A DNA stretch of 64,000 nt from an uncultured delta proteobacterium (GTDB lineage Bacteria; Desulfobacterota; Desulfuromonadia; Desulfuromonadales; JACZKF01), in contig CAWFKQ010000002.1 of assembly GCA_963816395.1 (NCBI GenBank), positions 1-64,000 of the forward strand. Reading direction: 5' to 3'. Below, piece after piece: positions 1 through 12,040 of this stretch; within the stretch, counting starts at the first letter, position 1; each line of letters begins with the position of its first letter. The notes beneath the pieces are model-generated. The model saw only the letters and a list, made by a program, of their open reading frames with translations, did not search any database and was not told the DNA's origin. The position numbers and the translations under genes were made by a program.

Positions 1-807
1 CAGAAGGGGCAAGTGTCACCGCCTGAGGCAATGGAAATATTGCAGCGACTTGTTGCAAAAGTCCCTTGGGGACACAACGTCCTCCTGATCGAGAAGATCA
101 AAGACCGCCAATCCGTCTCTGGTACATACAGCAAACCATCGGGCATGGCTGGAGCCGGGCTGTCCAGATGACCAGTCAGAGCCGCGCTTTCGAACGCCAG
201 GGTAAAGCGGTATCCAATTTCAATGAGCGGCTGCCGCCGTCCCATTCGGAGCTGGTGCAGCAGGCGCTGAAAGATCCGTACATCTTCGACTTTCTCACCC
301 TCGAAGAGCCGTTCCACGAGCGGGAGCTGGAGACCGGCCTGATCCGCCATCTGGAGAAATTCCTTCTGGAACTGGGGCAGGGGTTCGCCTTTGTCGGGCG
401 GCAATATCCGCTCAGTGTCGGCGAGGACGATTTCTATATCGACCTGCTCTTCTATCATCTGCGGCTTCGCTGCTTTGTGGTGATCGAGCTGAAAAAGGGG
501 GGCTTCAAGCCGGAATACGCCGGCAAAATGAACTTCTACTGCAACGTGGTGGACGACCAGTTGCGGCATGCGGGGGACAACCCGACCATCGGCCTCATCC
601 TGTGCCAGGACAAAAAGATCGTCCTGGCCGAATACACACTGCGCGGAGTGGTCAAACCGATCGGCATCTCCGAGTACGAACTGACCCGCGCCCTACCCGA
701 CAGCTTGAAATCGGCGCTCCCCAGCATCGAGGTGATCGAGCGGGAATTGGGCAGGGAAGGGTATGGCGTGGTGAAAGTCCCGGAGAAAGCGGGGAAGGAG
801 GGGCGCC

Positions 808-811
<4 letters not shown>
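1..811 (+). CDS. DUF1016/YhcG family PD-(D/E)XK nuclease-like protein, 5' truncated by window, frameshifted
   Basis: Motifs LKDPYIFDFL, FLLELGQGFAFVGRQ, FYIDLLFYH, VVIELK, GKMNFY, PTIGLILC in ORF 66..; probable stop is TGA 809-811 overlapping the cas1 ATG (needs one indel near the 3' end). Confidence 0.9.
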
Positions 812-2084
<1,273 letters not shown>

Positions 2085-3501
2085 ATGTTCCCCGCGCAGG
2101 CGGGGATGAACCGCACGACGACCGGCGCTACATGGTCTCACACATGTTCCCCGCGCAGGCGGGGATGAACCGGGGGTTCTATGTGGTACACTCTCGCTGC
2201 GGCGATGTTCCCCGCGCAGGCGGGGATGAACCGAGAGTGCCAACAAAACACCGGCCAGCAGGCGATGTTCCCCGCGCAGGCGGGGATGAACCGTTTCAGA
2301 TCAAGATCGTCGCCACAGGAAAACATGTTCCCCGCGCAGGCGGGGATGAACCGGGCGGCGCTCGGTAATTCCATTTCTCAGTGATGTTCCCCGCGCAGGC
2401 GGGGATGAACCGGCGTATCGCGGCGTCAGGGAGGGCGGGCTGCAATGTTCCCCGCGCAGGCGGGGATGAACCGAGTAGCGCGGAGGGGCTAGTGCATATC
2501 GGCATTATGTTCCCCGCGCAGGCGGGGATGAACCGGTCTCTCTCCTCTGCCCCTGAAGCTCCTCCCGATGTTCCCCGCGCAGGCGGGGATGAACCGATGG
2601 TGGGGAGAGAGCGCCTCGAAGGGGCTGTGTTCCCGCGCAGGCGGGGATGAACCGTTTCGCTTTCACGTTGCGTGGATGCGTACGCGATGTTCCCCGCGCA
2701 GGCGGGGATGAACCGGTGTGGCAGCCGCCGGGTTTGCCGACCCCGGAATGTTCCCCGCGCAGGCGGGGATGAACCGAGCTCGGTGCGGGCGACGACCTCG
2801 TCGGCGAATGTTCCCCGCGCAGGCGGGGATGAACCGTTTACCGTCGAAATCATCCCAGGCGAGGTCAAATGTTCCCCGCGCAGGCGGGGATGAACCGAAT
2901 AACCATTAGCTCAGGCGCGGACGTCGCATGTTCCCCGCGCAGGCGGGGATGAACCGTGGGGATCATCGAGCCGCCGGCCGATGACCAGATGTTCCCCGCG
3001 CAGGCGGGGATGAACCGGTACTAACGGCTACGCAGGGCAGCCAATTAAATGTTCCCCGCGCAGGCGGGGATGAACCGATGAGACGTGTATTTACTGAAAG
3101 GGTCTGCCATGTTCCCCGCGCAGGCGGGGATGAACCGCGCGCAACTGTCATAAGCCGCGCACCTCCCAATGTTCCCCGCGCAGGCGGGGATGAACCGCTG
3201 CAGGGTTAGGCACCGGCGCCGCCCCCGATGTTCCCCGCGCAGGCGGGGATGAACCGCCGAAGGTAGCGCCATTGTCGAAGACAATGAAATGTTCCCCGCG
3301 CAGGCGGGGATGAACCGGTGACCGCCTGGAGCACGCTCAAGCCGGCATGTTCCCCGCGCAGGCGGGCGCAGCAAGCGGCGCCCTACGGTGCTTCTGCCCG
3401 ATCTACGGCGACGAATGTTCTTCGCCAAGGCGCGGATGAACCGCAGAAAGGGTGGCCAGCGGGGCCGCCCCAACGGTGTTCCAATGGCTGTGGATGAACC
3501 G
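2085..3501 (+). CRISPR. Type I-E CRISPR array, 29-bp repeat ATGTTCCCCGCGCAGGCGGGGATGAACCG, 24 repeat units / 23 spacers
   Basis: 21 essentially intact repeats (2085-3317), one truncated (3347), two degenerate (3415-3443, 3476-3501); spacers mostly 29-33 nt; hairpin CCCCGC/GCGGGG. Confidence 0.98.
3364..3386 (-). repeat. GTAG-family REP-like palindrome inside CRISPR repeat 22
   Basis: Minus strand GTAGGGCGCCGCTTGCTGCGCCC; same architecture as REPs at 19347-19417 and 39070-39096. Confidence 0.65.
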
Positions 3502-3530
3502 GAAGGGTGTGCTGGGAGGGGAACCAAAAT

Positions 3531-3561
3531 AAAAAAACCCCCTCTTCTGGCAAAGAGGGGG
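3531..3561. terminator. Hairpin terminator after array
   Basis: CCCCCTCTT/AAGAGGGGG stem preceded by an A tract. Confidence 0.55.
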
Positions 3562-3752
3562 AAAGGAGGCAAAAGCGGATGACTTCGCCTTTGCTGCTTT
3601 CCATATTAACATATACCAAGAAAATGCAAGTCCCCAGACCGGATTTTTCTTCTCGCCAGCGGCCGGGCGGGAAGTGCCGGTCGTTGCCGCGGCGCTCCCA
3701 ACGGGGCGAAAAAACTTGCGCCGGAGCCGGGGTTGGTTTACAAATCGGCATT

Positions 3753-4859
3753 ATGCGCCGAAGCGATTACATCCGCCTGGGGATTCTGGTAGTGCTGGTA
3801 GCGGTGATCACCGCCCTGCATTACCTCACCGCCATCCGGATGGCCCAGTACCACGATATCTACCGACGCCTCTATTACATTCCCATCGTCCTCGGCGGTA
3901 TCTGGTACACCCTGCGCGGCGGCTTGGGAACCTCGATCGCTATTTCCATCCTCTTCGCCCCGCACGTGGTTTTCCAATGGGGGCACTATCCTTCCGCCGA
4001 TCCGGAACAGTATCTGGAAATCCTGCTGTACAATGTGATCGGTTTTCTCACCGGCTTTCTCGCCGAGCGGGAAAGGATCCAGAAAGAGCGGCACCAGCGG
4101 GCGGCGCAGCGCCTGGAAGAGAGCTATGCCAAGCTGCGGAGCCAGGCCGACATGATTCTGGAGATCGAGGAGCAGCTGCGCCGGGCCGACCGCCTTTCGG
4201 CGCTGGGGGAGTTGTCGGCCGGCATGGCGCACGAGATTCGCAACCCCCTCGGGTCGATCCGCGGCACCGCCGAGATCCTCCAGGAGGGGATCGATCCCGC
4301 CGACAAGCGTTATGAGTTCACCCGCATCCTGATCAAGGAGGTCGACCGGTTGAACCGGGTGGTCCAGGACTTCCTGCGTTTCGCCCGGCCGGCGCCGGTG
4401 GAGCGGGGGCGGTTCGATGTCAACGAGACGCTGCGCGAGATCCTGCTTCTGACCCGCCAGCAGGCGGTCCGCAACGGGGTGGCGGCGGAGCTGCAGGCGG
4501 GCGAGCTGCCGCCCGTGGCCGGCGACCGGGAACAGCTCAAACAGGCGTTCCTCAACCTGGTGCTCAATGCTCTGCAGGCGATGCCCGGGGGCGGAAAGCT
4601 GACGGTGGCCACGGCGCTGCGCGACGGGCGGGCGGCGATCACCATCGCCGATACCGGCCAGGGGATTCCACCGGAGAACCTGGAGCGGATCTTCAATCCG
4701 TTCTTCACCACCCGTCAGGAAGGGACTGGCCTGGGGTTGGCCATAACCCACCGCATCATCCAGGGGCACGGCGGCCGCATCGACGTCGAAAGCCGTCCCG
4801 GCGAGGGGACGACCTTCACCCTGCTGCTCCCCCTGGCCGAAGACAGCGGTACCGGCTAG
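3753..4859 (+). CDS. Membrane sensor histidine kinase (NtrB/ZraS-like)
   Basis: N-terminal TM helices; H-box AHEIRNPL; N-box NLVLNA; DTGQGI, FFTT, GTGLGL. Confidence 0.92.
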   Translation: MRRSDYIRLGILVVLVAVITALHYLTAIRMAQYHDIYRRLYYIPIVLGGIWYTLRGGLGTSIAISILFAPHVVFQWGHYPSADPEQYLEILLYNVIGFLTGFLAERERIQKERHQRAAQRLEESYAKLRSQADMILEIEEQLRRADRLSALGELSAGMAHEIRNPLGSIRGTAEILQEGIDPADKRYEFTRILIKEVDRLNRVVQDFLRFARPAPVERGRFDVNETLREILLLTRQQAVRNGVAAELQAGELPPVAGDREQLKQAFLNLVLNALQAMPGGGKLTVATALRDGRAAITIADTGQGIPPENLERIFNPFFTTRQEGTGLGLAITHRIIQGHGGRIDVESRPGEGTTFTLLLPLAEDSGTG

Positions 4860-4898
4860 CGGTCGTTTCGCCAGCGCACCTTGAACCTTGGGGTTAGC

Positions 4899-6269
4899 AT
4901 GCCCGAAAAAAGACAGACGGTCCTGATCATCGACGACGACGAATCGCTGCGGCGGGTGATCGAATACACCCTGCACGAAGCGGGTTACCGGGTGTTGACC
5001 GCGGCCGACGGGGAGGCTGGACTGCGGCTTTTCGCCGTGGAGGCGCCGGCGGTGGTGGTCACCGATATCCAGATGCCCGGCATTTCCGGCTATGATGTGC
5101 TGAAGCGGGTCAAGGCGGAGGGGCCGGAAACCCTGGTGATCGTCATCACCGCTTACGGCAGCGTGGAGAAGGCGGTCGAAGCGATGAAGCTGGGCGCCTA
5201 TGATTATCTCACCAAGCCTTTCAGTCGGGACGAACTGCGGCTGGTAGTGGCCAAGGCCTTCTCCTTCCACGGGCTGCAGGAGGAAAATGTTCGCCTGCGC
5301 GAGGAACTTTCCGATCGTCTCGATTTCTCGCACATGGTGGGAACCTCCGATCAGATGCAGGAAGTTTTCGAAATGGTGCGGCGGGTCGCCGGCAGCGAGG
5401 CGACGGTGCTGGTCAGCGGTGAAAGCGGCACCGGCAAGGAACTGATCGCCCGCGCCATTCACCACGGCAGCGAGCGGCGCGCCGGTCCCTTTGTGCCGGT
5501 GAACTGCGCCGCCATTCCCGCCGAGCTGCTGGAAAGCGAGCTGTTCGGCCACCTCCGGGGCGCCTTTACGGGGGCGGTCAAGGACCGTCGGGGAAAGTTC
5601 GAGATGGCCGACGGGGGCACGCTTTTCCTGGATGAAGTGGGGGAATTGCCGGTGGAGCTGCAGCCGAAGCTGCTGCGGGCACTGCAGGAGCGGGAGATCG
5701 AACCGGTCGGGGGCGCGCCGCGCAAAATCGACGTGCGGGTGGTTGCCGCCACCAACCGCGACCTGGAGGCGGCGCTGGCGGAGGGCACCTTCCGCGAGGA
5801 CCTCTACTACCGGCTGGCGGTCATCCCGGTACACCTGCCGCCGCTGCGCGACCGGCGCGCCGATATCCCCTTGCTGGTGCGGCATTTTCTGCGCAAGCAC
5901 GGCGGCCCGGCGGAGATCGCCGTCAGCGACGGGGCGATGCGGCGCCTGACCGCCTACGACTGGCCGGGAAATGTGCGGGAACTGGAGAACGCCGTCGAGC
6001 GGATGCTCATCCTGCGTCGCGGCGAGCTTCTGGAGGAAAGCGACCTGCCGCCCAAGATCCAACGGCCGGCGCCGCCTGCCTGCGGTGTCCTCAACCTTCC
6101 GGACGAGGGATATGGCCTGGAAGATCTGGAAAAAGAGGCGGTTCTGGAAGCGCTGCGCCGCAATGGCGGGAACCAGACCCGGGCCGCCGCCTTCCTGCGC
6201 ATCCCCCGGCATACCCTGATCTACCGGATGGAGAAGTACGGAATTGGTTCGAAGGCTAAAGAAGGCTAG
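4899..6269 (+). CDS. Sigma-54 dependent response regulator (NtrC family)
   Basis: Receiver (IIDDD, TDIQMPG), GESGTGKE, GAFTGA, WPGNVREL, Fis-type HTH. Confidence 0.95.
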   Translation: MPEKRQTVLIIDDDESLRRVIEYTLHEAGYRVLTAADGEAGLRLFAVEAPAVVVTDIQMPGISGYDVLKRVKAEGPETLVIVITAYGSVEKAVEAMKLGAYDYLTKPFSRDELRLVVAKAFSFHGLQEENVRLREELSDRLDFSHMVGTSDQMQEVFEMVRRVAGSEATVLVSGESGTGKELIARAIHHGSERRAGPFVPVNCAAIPAELLESELFGHLRGAFTGAVKDRRGKFEMADGGTLFLDEVGELPVELQPKLLRALQEREIEPVGGAPRKIDVRVVAATNRDLEAALAEGTFREDLYYRLAVIPVHLPPLRDRRADIPLLVRHFLRKHGGPAEIAVSDGAMRRLTAYDWPGNVRELENAVERMLILRRGELLEESDLPPKIQRPAPPACGVLNLPDEGYGLEDLEKEAVLEALRRNGGNQTRAAAFLRIPRHTLIYRMEKYGIGSKAKEG

Positions 6270-6336
6270 AGGCACGAGGCTAGCGGCTAGAGACAAAATC
6301 TGAAGCCGGAAGCATAGATAGAAAAGGAATCTGGCT

Positions 6337-6799
6337 ATGGCGCGGCTGTTCAGCGACCGGGAAGAACTGCGAAAGCCTGAAAAAATCCAATTCGAAATGG
6401 CAGGGCTGGATCGATACCGCCCCCTTCGAGGATCTGCTCGGGCTGCGGATCGAAACGGTGGAGGGGGGGCGAGCGGTCCTGTCCATGCCGTTTGCCGTTA
6501 AGCTCGCGCAAGGCGAAGGGGTGGTGCATGGCGGCGCCCTGGTCGCCCTGGCCGATGCCGCGGTGGCGATGGCGATCAAGTCCCTGCTGCCGCCGGGAAC
6601 CATTTTCGCCACCGCCGAGCTGATCAGCCGCTTCCTGGCTCCGGCAAGAGAGGGGCGGCTGACCGCAACCGCCAGCGTGAGCGGCCCGCTGGGGCGGACG
6701 TTTCACGGCGAGGCGGCGATAATCGACGCCGAAGGGCGGGAAGTGGCGCAGTTCTCTTCCGTATTCCGGGTCGCCCGGGGGCAGGGATTCGAGGATTGA
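6337..6799 (+). CDS. PaaI family thioesterase (frameshift near 6403)
   Basis: PFEDLLGL..GVVHGGALVALADAA hot-dog fold motif. Confidence 0.85.
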
Positions 6800-7212
6800 A
6801 AAGGCGGGACTTCGAACTGCTGGTCGAGCGGGCGATCGCCGCCATTCCCCGGGAGTTCCTGGAGAAGGTGGAGAATCTCTCCTTCCAGGTCGAGGACTGG
6901 GCCGACGCCGCGACGCTGGCGGAGATCGGCTTTGAGGACCGCCGCGATCTGCTCGGTTATTACCGCGGCTGGCCGCTGGATGAGCGGACCCATGAATACG
7001 GGCAGTGCCTGCCGGACGTCATCGTCATCTACCAGGGAGCGGTGGAAAATTACCGCCGGGAGACCGGAGAGCCGCTGGTGAAGATCATCCGGGAGACAAT
7101 TCTCCACGAACTGGCGCATTATTTCGGCTTCAGCGAGGAGGAAATGGAGGAAATCGAGGCGCTGTGGGCCGGGAACGGTACCACCGAGGGGGAGGGTGAC
7201 CGTCTGCCTTGA
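6796..7212 (+). CDS. Minimal zincin metallopeptidase family protein
   Basis: LLGYYRG, PDVIVIY, ILHELAHYFG (HExxH). Confidence 0.88.
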   Translation: MKRRDFELLVERAIAAIPREFLEKVENLSFQVEDWADAATLAEIGFEDRRDLLGYYRGWPLDERTHEYGQCLPDVIVIYQGAVENYRRETGEPLVKIIRETILHELAHYFGFSEEEMEEIEALWAGNGTTEGEGDRLP

Positions 7213-7269
7213 CATTTTCCCGCCGAGGGAGTATTCAAATTCTCATATTTCGCAAGAAAGGTTGATAAA

Positions 7270-7794
7270 ATGCGTAGAATCCTGCTGTTGGCGATCCTGT
7301 TTGTCGCCATTGCGGCCGGCCCCGCGCTGGCCGGCTCCGGTCGTCCCGAATCCCCGTCACCCGTGGCGGAGGTGGGCAAGCCCGCCCCCGATTTCGCCCT
7401 CAAGGACCTGCAGGGGAATACCGTCCGCCTGTCGGACCTGCGGGGCAAGGTGGTCTTCCTCAACTTCTGGGCCTCCTGGTGCCCTCCCTGCCGGGCGGAA
7501 ATGCCGGCCATGGAACGGCTTTACGAGGCAATGGGCGGCAAGGATTTCGCCATGCTGGCAGTCAATGTCGAGGATGATCTCAAGGCGGTCAAGAATTTCG
7601 TCGCCGATCATTCCCACGCCTTTCCCGTTCTGCTCGACCCCAAGGCCGAGGTGCAGGACCTGTACCGCGTCTACCGTTTCCCGGAGACTTTCCTGATCGA
7701 CAAACAGGGGACCATCATCCAGCATTATGTAGGTGCTCGCGACTGGTCCAACGTCGATTTCCTGCAGTACGCCCTCTCTCTGGCCGGGAAATGA
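7270..7794 (+). CDS. TlpA/ResA family thiol-disulfide oxidoreductase
   Basis: Signal peptide, APDFAL, NFWASWCPPCRAEMP, PETFLID. Confidence 0.93.
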   Translation: MRRILLLAILFVAIAAGPALAGSGRPESPSPVAEVGKPAPDFALKDLQGNTVRLSDLRGKVVFLNFWASWCPPCRAEMPAMERLYEAMGGKDFAMLAVNVEDDLKAVKNFVADHSHAFPVLLDPKAEVQDLYRVYRFPETFLIDKQGTIIQHYVGARDWSNVDFLQYALSLAGK

Positions 7795-8583
7795 TGATGA
7801 CCGACGGTGCCGGCATCACTTTGGGCATTGCCCTGTCGGCAGGGGTCCTCTCCTTTTTTTCCCCCTGCGTACTGCCCCTGATTCCCTCCTACATCACCTA
7901 TATTTCCGGGCTGACTTTCGGCGAACTCAAAGAGGCGAAGGCCACTTTCCGGGTGCGCTGGACCGTTTTGCTCCACAGCCTGGTCTTCATCGCCGGCTTC
8001 TCTACCATCTTCATCGGCCTCGGCGCCCTGGCCGGACTCGCCTCCGCCTCCTTTCAGGCCGAACTGCGGGAAGGGTTGGGCTGGATTCAGAAGGCCGGGG
8101 GATTTCTCATCTTCCTTTTCGGCCTGCATCTCAGCGGAATCTTTCCATTTCGGCGTTCTTCTCGGGGAGAAACGAGTTCATATCCACAAGAAGCCGGCCG
8201 GCTTCATCGGCACTTTCCTGGTGGGGATCGCATTCGCCGCCGGCTGGACCCCCTGCATCGGGCCGATTCTCGGGGCGATTCTCACCCTGGCCGCCAGCAG
8301 CACCGGCGGCGCGGGCAGGGGGGTGCTCCTGCTGACCGCCTACTCCGCCGGCCTCGGTATCCCGTTCCTCATCTCCGGCATCCTCTTCCACTGGTTTCTC
8401 TCCTTCTTCAACCGCTTCAAGAAGTACATCCGTATCGTGGAGATCATTACCGGCGTGCTGCTGATGGCGGTCGGCATCATGCTCTTCTTCAACCTTATCG
8501 GCGCCCTGGCCGGATACCTGTACCGCTGGATGCCGATGCACAGGCTAGCGGCAAGCGCGAAGCGGGGAGCCTTTTCTGCTTGA
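7791..8583 (+). CDS. ccdA: Cytochrome c biogenesis protein CcdA (frameshift near 8140)
   Basis: SFFSPCVLPLIPSY and FAAGWTPCIGPILG in two frames. Confidence 0.9.
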
Positions 8584-8622
8584 CTCGCCTGTCCCCAGCT
8601 GGTATTAATGATAATCATTTTC
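8580..8622 (+). promoter_or_regulatory. Sigma70 promoter overlapped by Fur box upstream of fur
   Basis: TTGACT 8580-8585; ATTAATGATAATCATTTTC 8604-8622 close to Fur consensus GATAATGATAATCATTATC. Confidence 0.8.
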
Positions 8623-8638
8623 ACTGAGGGGAGCAGCG

Positions 8639-9079
8639 ATGCCGGCGACGCGGAAGATCTTCAGGGAATTCATTGCCCGCAAGGGGCTCAAATCGACCCA
8701 GCAGCGGAACGTCATTCTGGACGAGTTCCTCCGCTCCGGCTCGCATCTGTCGACGGAAGAGCTGTATCTGCGTATCCGCCGCAAACACCCCAGCATCGGC
8801 TATGCCACCGTCTACCGCACCCTTAAACTCTTCGCCGAGTGCGGCATCGCCGAGGAGCGGCATTTCGACGACGGGCAGACCCGCTACGAATCCACCACCG
8901 GCGAGGAACATCACGATCACCTGATCTGCACCGCCTGCGGTGCCATCCTCGAGTTTGAGGACCCGGCAATCGAGGAACTGCAGCAGAAAGTGGCCGCGGC
9001 CCACGGTTTCCGCATCGACCGCCACCGGCTGGAGATCTATGGGCTTTGCAGTAAATGTACGGGTACGGCCGGGGAGTAG
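8639..9079 (+). CDS. fur: Ferric uptake regulator
   Basis: KSTQQR, IGYATVYRTL, HHDHLICTACG, C-terminal CSKC. Confidence 0.95.
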   Translation: MPATRKIFREFIARKGLKSTQQRNVILDEFLRSGSHLSTEELYLRIRRKHPSIGYATVYRTLKLFAECGIAEERHFDDGQTRYESTTGEEHHDHLICTACGAILEFEDPAIEELQQKVAAAHGFRIDRHRLEIYGLCSKCTGTAGE

Positions 9080-9121
9080 GACGCAAAGTACCCTGGCCCG
9101 CAGCCGAATCTTATTCTGGAC

Positions 9122-9138
9122 TTGAAAATGATTGTCAA
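9122..9138. promoter_or_regulatory. Second Fur box at feoB start
   Basis: TTGAAAATGATTGTCAA, imperfect 7-1-7 palindrome. Confidence 0.6.
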
Positions 9139-11118
9139 TCTTAAACCTGCCGACCTGCCCCTGACGGTTCCGACCGCCACCGTTACCGCACCGAAAATCC
9201 TGCTGGTCGGCAATCCCAATGTCGGCAAGAGCGTGCTGTTCAACGCTCTGACCGGCGCCTACACCACCGTCTCCAATTACCCCGGGACTTCGGTGGAGGT
9301 CTCCCGCGGCCATTGCGAGATCGCCGGCGTCGCGCTACGAGGTTCTCGATACTCCCGGGATGTATTCCCTGCTGCCGATCACCGAGGAGGAAAGGGTGGC
9401 GCGGGCCATCCTGCTGCAGGAGCGCCCGCACGTGGTGCTGCACGTCATCGATGCGCGCAATCTCGAGCGCATGCTGCCGATGACCCTGCAACTGGTGGAG
9501 GCCGGATTGCCGGTGATCGTGGTGGTGAACATCCTCGACGAAGCCGAGCGTCTAGGGATGCGCATCGATCTACCCCTGCTGCAGGAGAGGCTGGCGGTGC
9601 CGGTGATCGGCGCGGTCATGGCCCGCCGGCGCGGACTGGTGGAAATTCGGGAGGCCATTGCCGGCTACGACCGGAAGCGGGCGGTGTTCGCCTATGCCGC
9701 CGACCTCGAGGGGGATATCGCTAAAGTCGCCAGTCCGCCTGCAGGGAGAGTATCTTCTCGACCGCCGCGCGTTTGCCCTGCTGCTGCTGCAGAAGGACGA
9801 GGAGGTGTTCGACCTGGTGCGGCAGACGGAGAAGAATTTTCCGGCGGTGGAACAGGCGGTCAACGAGACCGTTTTCGAGCGCCGCACCGATCTGCACCTG
9901 CGCATCAGCCTGGAGCGCAAACGGGTGGCCAAGGGCGTGCTGGAGGGGGCGGTCAGCCAGCCGGAGCGGCAGGAGAAGACGTTCGCCGAGCGCCTTTCCG
10001 ACTGGACGGTGAACCCCTGGACCGGGTTTCCCATCCTGCTGCTGGTTCTTTACTTCGGACTCTACAAGTTCGTCGGCGGCTTTGGCGCCGGCACCGTGGT
10101 CGATTTCCTGGAAGGAAAGCTGTTCGAGGGGTACATCAACCCCTGGCTGATCACTCTGGCCGATCGCCTGATCACCTGGCAATGGCTGCACGAGCTGCTG
10201 GTCGGTGAATACGGCATCTTCACCCTGGCGGTGCGCTACGCGGTGGCGCTGGTCCTGCCGATCGTCGGCACTTTCTTCCTCGCCTTCTCGATCATCGAGG
10301 ACACCGGCTATTTCCCCCGCCTGGCTCTGCTGGTCGACCGCATCTTCAAGAAGATCGGCCTGAACGGCCGGGCGGTCATCCCCATCGTCCTCGGTTTCGG
10401 CTGCGACACCATGGCGACCATGGTCACCCGCACCCTGGAGACGGTGCGCGAACGGGTCATCGCCACCGTCCTGCTCGCCCTGGCCATCCCCTGCAGCGCC
10501 CAGCTCGGGGTCATCCTCGGCCTGCTCGCCGCCACTCCGGGCGCCCTGGCGGTCTGGACCATCTGCCTTGGCCTGATTTTTCTCCTCATCGGTTTCCTGG
10601 CGGCCCGCGTCGTGCCGGGCGAGCGGCCGATGTTCTACATGGAAATTCCGCCCCTGCGCCTGCCGCAGCCACGCAACGTGCTGGTCAAGACCCTCACCCG
10701 CATGCAGTGGTATTTCCTGGAGATTTTCCCGCTATTCGTCATTGCCTCGGTGCTGCTGTGGGCGGGTAAGCTGACCGGTGCCCTCAATGCCCTGGTGCGT
10801 GGGCTGACCCCGGCGATGCATGCCCTGGGGCTGCCGAGCGAGGTGTCGGCGGCCTTCATTTTCGGTTTCTTCCGGCGCGATTTCGGTGCCGCCGGTCTTT
10901 ACGACCTGCAAAACCACGGTCTGCTCAACCCGGTTCAGCTCACCGTGTCGGCAGTGACCCTGACCCTTTTCGTTCCTTGCGTCGCCCAGTTCATGATGAT
11001 GAAAAAGGAGCGCGGCTGGAAGGTGTCCCTGGGAATCTTTGTCTTCGTTTCCCTCTTCGCCTTCGCTGCCGGCTGGCTGCTGAACCAGTTCCTGCTTCTT
11101 ACCGGGGTATTGTCATGA
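9128..11118 (+). CDS. feoB: Ferrous iron transporter FeoB (frameshifts near 9335 and 9735)
   Basis: GNPNVGKS, SNYPGTSV, DTPG, DARNLER, EDTGYFPRLA, LGFGC, FYMEIPP. Confidence 0.92.
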
Positions 11119-11300
11119 GGTGCGGTTTCTGCGGCAAAGAAATCCCCGACGCGCCGGATGGCAGGCGCGAGAGCTGCGGCGCTTGCCCCGGGGGCTGTCG
11201 CAAGGTACACTGCCCACACTGCGGCTATGCCAATCCCGCTGTCTCGCGCCTGCTGCGGCGATGGTCGCGGAAGCACGACAAGCAGGAGGATGAGCCATGA
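11115..11300 (+). CDS. Small Cys-rich protein (61 aa, 7 Cys)
   Basis: MRCGFCG..CGACPGGCRKVHCPHCGY; ATGA overlaps with feoB and ideR. Confidence 0.75.
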   Translation: MRCGFCGKEIPDAPDGRRESCGACPGGCRKVHCPHCGYANPAVSRLLRRWSRKHDKQEDEP

Positions 11301-11944
11301 AGTTATCCGCGAAAGCTGAAGAGATCCTGGAAGGGCTGTGGGTTGCCACCGTCGAGGAGGGGGACAACGCCGCCCTGCTGTCGACCCTCGGCGTCGGCCC
11401 CGACGACGAGGGGTTGCGGGAGCTGGACCGGCTGGCGTTCATCGAGGTCCGGGGGGAGCGGGTCTATCTGCGCCCCGAGGGAAAGCCGGAAGCCCAGATG
11501 ACCGTGCGCCGGCACCGGCTGGCCGAGCGCCTGATCATGGACATCTTCGACCTCAAGGGTGCCAAGGGGAACGCCAAAGCCTGCGAATTCGAGCACCTGC
11601 TGCACCAGGGAGTGGACACCAAGGTCTGCACCCTGCTCAATCACCCGACCACCTGCCCGCACGGCAAACCGATCCCCCCCGGCCAATGCTGCGAAGAGGC
11701 GCGTGCCGCGGGCAGGGTCGGGGTGGTCGCGCTTACCGAGATCAAGCCTGGGGAAAAGGCCGAGATCGCCTATCTCTCCACCGCCGAACCGAAGAAGATG
11801 CAGAAATTGATGAGCATGGGGGTGCTGCCGGGCAACACCCTTCAGCTCGGACGAACCTATCCCACCTACATTTTCAAAGTGGGCAACTCCGAATTCGCCG
11901 TCGATGAGGAACTGGCAAGGGAGATCTTCGTTCGCAAGGGGTAA
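11297..11944 (+). CDS. ideR: DtxR/IdeR family metal-dependent repressor with C-terminal FeoA-like domain
   Basis: RRHRLAERL, ACEFEH, LNHPTTCPHGKPIP, KLMSMGVLPG. Confidence 0.88.
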   Translation: MKLSAKAEEILEGLWVATVEEGDNAALLSTLGVGPDDEGLRELDRLAFIEVRGERVYLRPEGKPEAQMTVRRHRLAERLIMDIFDLKGAKGNAKACEFEHLLHQGVDTKVCTLLNHPTTCPHGKPIPPGQCCEEARAAGRVGVVALTEIKPGEKAEIAYLSTAEPKKMQKLMSMGVLPGNTLQLGRTYPTYIFKVGNSEFAVDEELAREIFVRKG

Positions 11945-12040
11945 AGCAGCGAGGTCCCAAGTCAGGTTCAGAAGCCGTCAGTTAGAATTTCAGTCGGGTC
12001 CATGTGAATTCGGGGTTATGCTTATTGAGGGAGGGCTGCA

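Noticed and set aside
2132..3612. Repetitive ORFs across the CRISPR array
   Set aside because: Translations of repeats (MFPAQAGMNR, VPRAGGDEP).
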